This document shows, piece after piece, positions 50,571 through 62,309 of a DNA stretch of 64,000 nt (positions are counted from its first letter, which is position 1; the number at the start of each line of letters is the position of its first letter). The notes beneath the pieces are model-generated. The model saw only the letters and a list, made by a program, of their open reading frames with translations. It ran no database searches and had not been told where the DNA came from. This DNA is from Mytilus californianus (lineage: Eukaryota), in contig NW_026262593.1 of NCBI RefSeq assembly GCF_021869535.1, positions 16,926,001-16,990,000 on the forward strand. The letters are read 5' to 3'. Both the position numbers and the translations under genes were made by a program.

Positions 50571-53500
50571 AAAAACAAATGATGTCGATCAAAAGTTCAA
50601 CATAAGGATAATATCTTCTTTGGTATATTTTTTGTTTTAATCAGGTTGCTTTTTCAGAAAAAAAGGATATTTCACCACCTTCAGTAACAAAGTTGTATCT
50701 ACGATTTTCATTTTTGTATTAAGGAATAAAGGACCATTGAGCAGTGTTTAAGGAAGAAAAGTAGCAACCATCCTTTTAAATATTCATGTGGAATAAAAAA
50801 GGTAAAATAACAAATATACCGAACTCCAAGGGAACCTCAAAACCGAAATTTCTTTATAAAATGGCAAAATCAAAAGCTCAAACACATCTAACGAATGGAA
50901 AACAACTGTCATATTCCTGACTTGGTACAGGCATTTCCTTATCTAGAAAATGGTGGATTAAACTGGTTTAGTTCAGAAAAAAATCAGCAGTATTGATATT
51001 GTTGTAAAACAGTAATGAATGAACATGAAGGTTTTTTTCGCTAGAATTTTTAGGAATTCATATATGATAGACATCGCGGTTAAGTATACCTCATCACACT
51101 ATTTCTGAGTCATACTAAATAAAAAGGGATTACATGAATCGCCAAAAATAATGCATCGCGATAACCTCAACAGCCAAATCTCAAGGAAAAAGTGTGATAT
51201 ACAAAACAAAGAAAACAACAACGAAAAACCCATACTCCAGACTAGTTTGGTACAGGCACAAAATGTGGTACATTTGAACCAGTTTTACGTGCACGCAAAC
51301 CATTTGCCTATCTAGACCATGTGTCATATAACCAAAACATAGAATAAATATGTCAACAGTGTAGTTTCAAATAGGCTGAACGTTAATTAAACAAATTTAA
51401 CAAGGAAACAAAAAAAGAACGGCATTCCTTTGGAAAGCTGGGTCAAAATGTTCTCGCTACTACAGATAACTAGCTTAGGTAGCTACAGCTATAAGCTGGA
51501 TATGACTGCTCTAGAAAACAAAATCAGAAACAAAACTCCTGACAGGTTTCATGAAATTCAATTGAAAATGGCAGAATTTTTGAGAGACCAGTTAGTATTC
51601 AAAATTCAAAAGACCGTCGAATATATAAACCATTTTTACTGCATTATAGTAGTCCTTACTATTGAAAGACTGTTAGCCAGATTTTGGATACATCATTTTT
51701 CAGTGTTTAATGTGTATTAACGACATTTCAATTTTTGAATGCCATTTTGAACAGTAGAAATAATGGTAGTACAAAATTTAGAAAGATGTTTAGTCGAACA
51801 ATTATCGTTCATTATAAGGATTTCTTTGAAGTTTGGGAATCCAGTAAAAAGAATGGAAATTTGTATTGTTCTTGTTTTTGTTAATACCAAAGAAGAGAAA
51901 AAAGGATGAATTTGTGATTGTTTTAAATATCCTCTTTCGTGGAGGGTTTTTGTTGCATAAGTAAGATTCCTATTATGATGTAAATTCAAATACGAAAATG
52001 AGAAATGGTATTCCAAGATTTTTAGTAAGCCAATCAAATTATTGATTTAAAACAATAATTTTTGATGCTCTGTCTACTTGAACTACAACATATGTGTCGT
52101 GTGGAGAGGATAACGCATCCACAATCCCGGGCTCCTGAAAGGGATTATAAACCCGTGTTATCATGGTTAGTCTCAGCTTGTAAATGTAAATGTAAATGTG
52201 GATTCAGGACCAAAAAATCTTGACCCACTCAGATAAACCCATTTGCTGGTATAGTTTATAAGTAACCTGAAGTTCTTCCAATTGATGGACTAGATAATTG
52301 TGCCTTTTGATAACAGATATCGTAGTTGTTCTTTATATACGATGCCAAGGTTCAGGATTATAACATGACCACAATTTCTATATTTGTATGTGAACTATAT
52401 ATATAAGAGAATTCAGGAGGTTTCGATTTTACATCCTATAGAATGATACCCTCTTGTGATTGAAAATCTTGAATACAATATGTTTGATGTAGATATAAGA
52501 ACACAAATGTATGTCTACATGATACAATATCTCGCGTGCACTTTTATAGTTCGTATTCGAAGGCAACTCTGAAACACAAAATTTTACAAAACACGCAAGT
52601 TAAATATACGGCGATTACTTGGTTTAGATAATTAAATCATTATCAACAAAAAGTCATTTTGAAAAAAGTCTTTCAATCTTCCCTTCAATTGACAGTATCA
52701 CTGCTCAATGTACGTACTTTAAGGTTCAAACACTATTATGATTAACATAAAACTATAAACGCTCAATAATATCCAAAAACCGCAGCATTTGACAGCTTTC
52801 ATCAGTAAAATGTCTAAAGTTGACATGAAGCTTTTTTTAAATTTTTTTTGTGGAAATAAATTTACTCAATTCGGGTGGAGATGTCTCTCGATGCAAATTG
52901 TCGACAAAAACATGCAGAATTATCAATTATCTATCATAATGCCCTTAACAGCAACATGTAGAACTGAATAATATTTGGATTATTTGGAAATATGTATATT
53001 TATGAATCAATTGTTTTAGTGTATGACATAGACACCTCTATTATACTAAATTTCGATTAGGATTTGTCAATTTTTAGATTTCGATCCTGTAAGTAAGAAA
53101 ATACAAGGGTTATATGCCATGCTCCTTTCTTGAATATGTTTTAGATATGAATATGAAGGAGTCTATATCATATACTTAACATATTGTTGCTAAAATAAAT
53201 CAAGTATTACAACAACAAAAAATGCTTGACTGTATAAATGATATTGAAACCTGAAATACAATAAAAGGAAACTTCTCTCTTAAAACCATAAAACCACAAA
53301 ACCACAAGTGTATAATTATACACGAGTCCAATTAATAAAATTATATTTTGAAATTAATATTGAATGGGATAGCCACTCTAGTAATGACATGTCTAACATT
53401 TTGTCCTCAACTTCCGGCTTTTCAGATGATTTATCGTGAATCGTATAAAAAATTTCTATAAAATTAAGATATAATTTGATATCTTATAAAAGACAATAAA

Positions 53501-53837
53501 AACTTTGGTTGCTATTTAGACAGCAATTTAAACACGTAGAGGTATTGATGTCCATACTTAATATTATCAGCAATTGTCTTCCTCTTTTATGAATATTAAG
53601 TTGTTAACTTGAGTGCTAAACTTCGGTAGCATATTAAATTCTGTAGTTAAGAACATTTATATGAAAAACGTTATATGCGTAAAGCACAGTATCAATACAA
53701 TAAGCTTAAGAATCGTGCACAACCCACCTGTATTTTGGTTATTGTTTCAAAGACTTATCTTTTAGTAAAAGAGAGGCGGAAAATACCGAAGGGATATTGA
53801 AACTCATTAGTCGAAAGGTATTAACTAAAACGAAAAA

Positions 53838-54120
53838 TAGCAAAATACCGAACTCAAAGGAAAAATTCAAAACGGAAAGTCCTTTATCAAATGGCAAAAT
53901 CAAAGGCTCAAACACATCAAACGAATGGAAACAAACTGTCATATTCCTTCTTGGTACAGGCATTTCCTTATGAAGGATTAAACCTGGTTTTATAGCTAGC
54001 TAAACCTCTCACTTGTATGACAGTCGCATAGAATTCCATTATATTGACAACAATGTGCGGGCAAAACAAACAGACATTATATGTAAAATTGTCACAAATT
54101 GGGGTACAGCAGTCAACATT
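53838..54120 (-). repeat. Interspersed repeat family D
   Basis: Matches 10985-11250; directly joined to a Naiad terminal fragment at about 53765-53835. Confidence 0.8.
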
Positions 54121-54315
54121 GTGTATTAATAATGCAGATTAGCTAAATTATCTGTCGTAAAGGATCGTAAGATGCAGTCATAGATTTAATTATTTGATAT
54201 ATATAAAAGTCTATAAAAAGGACCAACCAGCAAATTTAATATGTACCGGATCGACTAGAATACAACGGTACTAATATAAGATGGTAATATACGACGATGA
54301 TTTAATAAAATCATG

Positions 54316-54471
54316 TTGACAAATATTTCGGCTTAACAAATAGCCTTCGTCAATGTCAATACTTTTTACAATACTAATTGTTTGTGTAAAATAGCTCAAT
54401 AATACAGGTAAGTTTTGGTCTATTGATTTAATATCAAACACTGACGAAGGCTATTTGTTAAGCCGAAATAT
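54316..54471. ncRNA. Inverted pair of hammerhead-like motifs
   Basis: 34-bp inverted repeat (54323-54356 / 54438-54471, 1 mismatch). The + copy reads CTGACGA-A-GGCT..AGCC-GAAA-TAT. The - copy has stem I TTGACA/TGTCAA but a C3>T core change. Confidence 0.45.
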
Positions 54472-57400
54472 ATTAAGTCTAAATTGAAAACAACGTTCAA
54501 ACCTAAAGTTGCGTTGGATAAAAACCGCAATTTTTATACGTGTACATGCAAAACAAATTTCTTGTTAGAGGGGTCTGAATACAGCACAAACAACATTTTC
54601 CAAAAGACCAAAAAAGTGAAAACAGTATATTTTTACAAAACACATTTGACTAACAGGTCGAACAACAAATGTTCTTAAACCCTGCTGACTGCCATTGGCG
54701 ATTGCCAAATAAACGGATCACCGATGTAAAAAATGGATCTTAATTATAAATTTAATACTAAACAGAAAACAATAACCTTGCGGAAAAGATGATATACCGC
54801 AAACAAAAGGTGCAAAGGTTTTGGAACACCATATCCGGATTTCAACAATTAATGTCTCTTCAGTGATGTTAGGAATCGAAACGGTATTTGGAAAGCCATA
54901 CAATTTACCTCAATATATATTATATATTGATATTTAAACGCCTAAAAAGTGTACAAAACAACACCAATTTTAAAAAAACAAAACAATAAATGTAGTTATC
55001 TAAAAATATTTCGGACAACAGATATCCTTCATCAGTATGATTATGATGTAAAATAAATCATATTAATTGATGTACAAGTAACGATCCAGCGCCCTCGTTA
55101 GAAAGATAGTTCTCTAATATCTCAACGTTTTATATATATATTTATATAAAGGTTGGCTAGAGTTGAGCTATATTCATTAGACACGGCACGCTTGCAAGTT
55201 TTGTTTAGCTGTACAGTTATACGCAGACTAAATTTTAAGACAAAATGGTGGGTTAAACCTGGTTTTATGGCTAGCCAAACCTCCCGCTTATATGGCAATG
55301 TTAGAAATACCGCTAAAATGACAACATAACGTGACAGGAATACAGTACAAACAAACGCAAGTACAATCAGCACAGAAAAATACATAAATAAATAATATAA
55401 TAATAATTTACAACATGTAAACCGAATATGGATCTACATCTGCTTACCTTTCCAGAGCACGTGAGCCCCGGTTTTCGTGGGGTTCATGTTACTCTCTCAT
55501 GAATTTCATAAGTAGTGTTGAGTGGACTTGTAAAGGAAACCTTAGATTTGTACTATTTTTAACAAAATATATATCTGGTTTTGGTTTTTCTCTTACATGT
55601 CATTAAAAGGTGTCTTCATATCTTAATCAAACAGTTAACAACACGCAATATTGTTTTAACTAACACAATACAAAGTGTGTATTTCAATTTAATCATAAAG
55701 TCATTATTCTCCTTCTTTTTATCTTGAGACTCTTTACTATTGAAGTGAGTTGAAAATCAGCATCGTTGAAAACAACCACTCGGCTGAATGTAGATTCTTT
55801 ATTAAAATATCACCGTTCATAATTAACAATAAGTACATAGTCAAAAATAAAGATCATTTATCACACAACTATAAAATACTGTAAATACTAGGGCGAAGAA
55901 AGATAACTATGACATCATTGACATGTCTATAAACAAATTCACAGCCTAGGTTAATGTCTCATTCTAATGTAAATCTGTCTTGTCTGTGTCAAAGACTGAA
56001 ATGAAGCTTAATGTCTTAGGTGTATTTGTTTATGCATCTGAAAAATTGGAACATATTCCGTCTTACTGCAAAAATATACTTCTACATGAACTCCTAAATA
56101 TTAATAAAACAGGTAAGCATCAAACAATGTATATGCAGCAACTAAGCGAAGCATAGCAAGAAAATTTTATACTTCTGACAATTACACATTCAGAGGTAAA
56201 GGTTCGTAGTATCAGGACATGCACTTATTGTATAAATCTAAATGACTAGACATCTCACATTATCTTTTGAAAAAACTTTAACATGGAGTTTAACAAAAAT
56301 TTAACTCAGCAGAATAAATTTACATACGGTAAATTTAAATTCCCTAGCTTGTAATCTATAGTGGCATGAATATTTTCAAATAGACATATCCTTTCATACA
56401 TTTCAAAATTTTCTTTTATCTAAAACATCCATTGCATTTGAGATACAGACTTCTTAACGATCCTTGTCGATCAGCCTAAACAATAACATGGTCTTTACCT
56501 TTGTATTTATTTTTTTACTGAATTCGTACATTATCGAGAAAGTGTATACTAAATACTGTAGGAACTATCAACTACGATAACTTGTTTTCAAATTTACTAT
56601 CAGCCACAACAAAGTTTTTGTTGGCGTCTTTGTAAGTTTTATTTGTACGTCTGTTTGATTTTTTTACGGTTGTGTTGTATGTCTGTGATGTATGTTTACA
56701 CAGTTATAGCTGCTGGATCTGACTTATTGTATCAAAAACCTTTTATGTCTGTTTAGTTTGCTCACCTACTTTTGTTTATATAACTGAACTATAAACATCT
56801 GTCAAACAAGTGGAAAGTGTAACTAGCTATAAAACTAGGTTTAACCCACCAATGTCTCTGGAACATGCCTTTACCAAATCAGAAATATAGCAGTTGGTTT
56901 CCTTTCGTTTCGTTAGTTAATAAAGTCTAACGTTTGATAGCTGTATAGTAAACTAAAAGAGACCCCAGCATGTCAAAATGTAAAACAGTTAGAAAGAGAA
57001 AGTCAACGGTCTAGTTTATGACAACACATTTACGAAAGGCAAATATGAGACAGCAACAAACAACAACCATTGAAAAACAGGCTCCCGACTTAAGACCGAC
57101 AAAAGAATGTGGCGGGTTCAAACATGTTTATAAACGCTAATCCCTTCCCCTAACCTGAGACGATAGTATAACAGCACAACATAAGAAAAAAACTAAAAAG
57201 ATCAGTTGGAAAAAGTTAACTAAACAGATTGACACAAAACACTTAAAAAAACTGAAATAAAAAGTAAAGACACATAGACACAAACTATTGATCTAAGACA
57301 ACTCACAGTTATTTGGTTCTTGTATGTGTTCTATATTTGCGGGTCCAAACACAAACAACAAATAAATGTTTTTTCACATAAACCCATAGAAGACGTCACA

Positions 57401-57894
57401 AGACTGTTTTCATAACATTAACATGGTAAACAAAAGTACAACAACATTTCTAGAAGTTTCCTTTCAGGTTTATTCACCATATTCTGTTACTACATATTCC
57501 TTATTTACAGTGAGGACTTGCGTGTCATATACATAGCCAAAACTAGACATTAAGCCCATAGGTAGGTTATGTAATTTAGGCCTATCGAAACAAAGGGCGA
57601 GAAATTTTGACTCAGACATGAAATGATACCATGCCGGATAGGGACAGGAATTTAGCATGGCAACAGGCCACTTACGAACCCATCATAGATTTTTTGTGAA
57701 AGTGCTGTAACGTGGAAAGAACGTGGCATTTTCTTACACAAGGCACCGGAATTAATGTTCCCATTCTGACTAGACATAGCTTCGAATTTAAACATCCCAT
57801 ACAGCCAGACGGACGTCCGACCTTGCAAAGGTTTTACTGCTGGTCGATAGAAACCAAGGTGACCATATTACATATCCCAGTCACACTTAGACAA

Positions 57895-59295
57895 ACATGA
57901 CTAATATGTTGTTGTCCTCGCAGATAAAGCCCCAAACAACATCGTTTTTGTGTGTAAATATCATTACAAAGACTGCTTGATAAATGAATTAGTATTGACA
58001 ATTCACTTGGAAACTCAACATATACCCTCACGACACTTTCCTAAGAGGAAATCCTGGATAATCATAGGTCTGTTCTATGTTCCTTCGGAATTTCAACCAA
58101 AGATGAAGAACTGGATCTTCCATCACTGTATTGGATACCTAAACTACATAAGTATCCTTACAAACAACGGTATATTGCTGGGTCTTCCAAGTGCTCCACG
58201 AAACCTTTTTCTAAATTATTAACATCTATTTTATCAGCAATCAAAGCCGGGCTCCAAAGTTATTGTGAAACTGCCTATTCTAGAGGTGGCGTGAATCAGA
58301 TGTGGATACTAAAAAATTCCAAAGATCTTTTAGAGTACATACAATCTAAGACTCTCTCATCTTGCAATAGTATTAAAACATTTGACTTTTCTACACTTTA
58401 CATAAGTATTCCCCATTCCAAACTATAAGACAAATTGAAACAGTTGGTATTACTTTGTTTCATTAAAAAGAATTGCGAACGTAGATCTTGTCTTGGGGAG
58501 GGATAAATCCTACTTTGTAAAGAATCACTCTGATTCAAACAAAAAATTCTCTGAAACTGACATTATCAAGATGCTTGATTTCTTGATTGACAACATATTT
58601 GTTACGTTTGGAGGACGTGTTTTTCAACAGACTGTCGGAATTCCAATGGGAACCAATTGTGTCCCTCTTCTTGCCGACTTGTTTCTTTATTATTATGAGA
58701 CTGACTTCATACAGGAACTTCTTAGGAAGAAAGATAAGAAGCTAGCAATATCCTTTAACTCTACGTTCCGCTATATAGATGATGTTCTCTCACTAAATAA
58801 TACAAAAGTTGGTGACTATGTTGAACGAATCTATCTCATCGAACTAGAGATAAAGGATACTACAGATACAGTTAAGTCTGCCTCATATCTTGACTTACAT
58901 CTAGAAATTGACAATGAGGGTTGGTTGAAAACAAAACTTTACAACAAAAGAGATGATTTCAGCTTCCCAATTTCCATTTCTATGTAGCAACATTCCAACA
59001 GCGCCTGCATACGGAGTATATATCTCCCAATTGATACGATATTCCCGGGCTTGTGTTTCCTATCATGATTTCATTGATAAAGGATTGCTGCTCACAAGGA
59101 AGCTATTACACCAAGAGTTCCAAATGGTGAAGTTGAAGTCATTCCTTCGTAAATTTTACGGACACCATCACGAGTTGGTTGACCGTTATGGAATAACCGT
59201 TTCACAGATGATATCGGATATGTTCCTTATTTCGTAACTACAATACCCTCCCTTTTCACGAATGTACTTTCTGAATTAGACTATTTACCGGATTT
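57895..59295 (+). mobile_element. Penelope-like retroelement (Naiad-type) RT remnant, family A
   Basis: Frameshifted RT: ADKAPNNIVFVC, LYWIPKLHKYPYKQRYIAGS, GGVNQMWILKNS, KTFDFSTLY, GIPMGTNC.PLLADLFLY.YE, FRYIDD, AYGVYISQLIRY, KFYGHHHELVDRYG. The RT is C-terminal with no downstream endonuclease, as in Naiad PLEs. Confidence 0.85.
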
Positions 59296-59299
59296 GTCC

Positions 59300-60085
59300 G
59301 ATGTTAAAATAGGTAACAGAAGAAACTAAGCAAAATGACAATGATAACATAAATCAACAAAGGACTACTAGCAGTAGCTGACATGCCAGCTCCAGACCTC
59401 AATTAAACTGATTGAAAGATTGTGTCTTCATCATATGAAAATCAAGCACAATCCCTCTCGTTAGGGGTTTAATATCATACCATCACAAAATATATGAGAA
59501 GAACATAACCCGTATCATGCCAACAACTGGTTTTAGAATAAATGTGTTTATTTCCGATGTAAAATCCCTATGAGTGAATCAATATTAATTCAAAAAAATA
59601 CCATCTTTAATGACCTGACAACAGTATCGTAACTATATCCCTTCTGAATAAGTCTGTTTAAAGGTTTGGTTAGCTTTTGAGGTGAATGACGACATTTTTG
59701 TGCTTTGTATAGAATATTACCATAGAAGAATGGATGTGAAATACCTGAACGTATACGATGTCTACACGTTGATTTATATTTACAAATAATGTCCTTGTAC
59801 CGATGATAAAATTTAGTAAATGTTTTGACAAATGTGTGATATCGAAAGCCCTGGTGTACCAATTTTTCTGTAATGCAGCGATTTCTTTGGTTAAAATCAA
59901 ATACGTTGTTACATACACGAGCGACTCGAGTTGAGATATATACACCATAAGATGGTGACAAGGGAACGTCACCATCTAAAAATGGATAATTAACAGTAGG
60001 AAATACAAAAAACATCTCTTTTATCGTAAATTTTGATATTAAGCTTCCCATTAAAGTATGCTTGATAAAAAAAAATCGAGACATG
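59300..60085 (-). mobile_element. Penelope-like (Naiad-type) RT C-terminus plus 3' region, family B
   Basis: ORF 59590-60090 contains NYPFLDGDVPLSPSYGVYIS...DFNQRN..ITEKL..QGFRY...KTFTKFY, homologous to the family A C-terminus. It lies tail-to-tail with family A. Confidence 0.8.
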
Positions 60086-60369
60086 ATCATATTTTATATA
60101 TATATCTTTTTTTTTTATCTATTAATTGTTTCTTAATTAAGTTTCTTGGCGATATTGTTGGTCCTAGACGATTTAGAGACATATTCTAAAGAGACCTTTC
60201 TATTATTTACAACTATTTGTTGCCCTCCATATGTCTTTTCAGCAGTTGTCTGTTTGGATTGCTGCCTCATAGCATTATCTCTAACAAAAACAAAGAAAAA
60301 CCAACATTGCTTATAGTATCAAAAAATGAACGATAGAATTAAATAGGTTGTTTGCCTTCATTTTATATC

Positions 60370-60770
60370 GTAAACTGCAAAACGTCACAATTATCATAAA
60401 GATAAAGGACAAGGTTAAATATACTTTAATGGATTTGACGCCATAGTTTTTTTTTTTCTTTAACGCAGATAAATAAGTTTTATTAAAAAAATAATTGTTC
60501 CTAGAGTAGAACGCGATAGTTTGTAAATCCCGCAATTACAACTGTAAGTATCGTGTTATCAGGAAAACTTGCAACTGTCATATGACAGAATTACTTCCTT
60601 GTTGATAATCTGGCGATGTATGTATGTGATTATTTGTTCCAATAAGAGTTATGCCACTTCAGCTTAACTGTATTCCTCATGCCTACACTCATTCGTACAG
60701 TAACGATAGTTGAAATGTGTCGCCTTTCTGCTCTTTATAAAACATAAATGGCGACTCACATATATACTCA
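60370..60770 (+). promoter_or_regulatory. Pseudogene copy of the promoter/exon-1-like module, splice donor deleted
   Basis: Same motifs as the other two copies, but a deletion of about 50 bp at 60616/60617 removes CAATAG|GTACGT. Confidence 0.45.
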
Positions 60771-62309
60771 CACATTTAGCTGTTGCACATTTGAGATATA
60801 GCCAAGAATGCTGAAAATGGCGTTAAACACCATTAATTAACCAGTCAACAAATCCTCCATTCATATCAAAGTATTCGATGCAGTTTTCTGAATTGACCTA
60901 GATATCCAAATGTATACCATCCATGGGTGTTTGTAATTTGGTTCACAAAGCTTTGACATTTGCGCCTCCATTGTGCTTTTTATTTCTTTTCAACTTTGTC
61001 TTAAGTTCATACGTCAAAAGAAATTTCAGTTATTGGCATGGTACAGAAGTAATCATGTTCCAGCCGTTTCATATCTTGGTAGTACATAGCATTATATGTT
61101 AAATACATGTAAGTGTATACAGTTTATAAATTTTTATTATATAACATGTATTTTACATATCTTTTTTTTCAATTTTATTTATAAACAAAACATCGAGGCA
61201 GCAATAAAATAAATCAATACACAGGTCTTCCGATTACAGTTGCAGTTTTTAATTGAACGTTATGTATGTTCAATTTGGCAACCTTTTTATCATTGCAAGT
61301 TTATTTATGCATGTTAGTTTTATTGTTTTCTGCTGTAACATTGATGTTTTAGGTCAATAATTTTAATTGTCTTCACTGTTTAATAAGCATTCTGCTCCGA
61401 TTATCTTTTGGATAAACATAAATTTGAAAATAGAATTTAATAACTTTTAAACCCATAACTCTTAATATTTTTCGACCAACGACAAAGCTGATAATTCGAC
61501 AGTTTACATTGTATATCAGATATAAAAATAAGGAGATGTGGTATGATTGCCAATGAGACAACTATCCACCAAAGTTCAAATGAAGTGGATGCAAGCAATT
61601 ATAGGCAACCGTACAGATGATTGCATTTTTTTAATGTAAAATTATAACATTTTGCTTCAATCTATACAGTTTTCACTACTTATTCAGCAAATCTTACTCA
61701 TCACGTCATTTAAATCTCTGAACAATTATAATTTTCTTAACTTTTCGGAAATCTTTATCATCCATGCGATCCTGCGAAATCTATTTTCTTTTCACCTGGA
61801 TACCATTTAAATGATATCACGACGGCCACATTTTGCAAGATATTCACCAGTTAATTGCTAAGTACAGTGTACATAAATTGTAATAAATGCATACATGTAT
61901 TGAAGACCACGTGTATAGTTACTAATTAATAAAAATGAAGAAGTATACATAATGTATGAAAACAAAAACATTCTTACCACATCAATTAAGACTTCTTTTA
62001 CACTTTAGTCATGTAAGCAAAACAAAAAAGTTCAAAATTAGCTATCGTCGTCAAAAATCAACTGATGAAGAGTCATGCTACCAAAGATCATCATCATTTT
62101 TGCGGTTCAGTGAAGCTTTAATAAAATCATAAACAATATAGGTGAAAAAACGTACCGTATTCCGGTAAACATTTAGTTATGTAAAACTGTTCTAATGTAT
62201 AAATATCTCTAACTTTATAGATTATAGATAACAGCAAAGGTGCAATAAAATTGATTAATTTGAAAAAAAAAAAATAAATAAAAATAATTGTGTCTCATTT
62301 TTTTCAGCA

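Noticed and set aside
57895-59237. Selenocysteine-recoded Naiad ORF (reported for some clam and spider Naiads)
   Set aside because: In the part reconstructed by hand (about 57900-58500), the breaks are TAA stops and indels, not in-frame TGA at Cys positions. This is ordinary decay.
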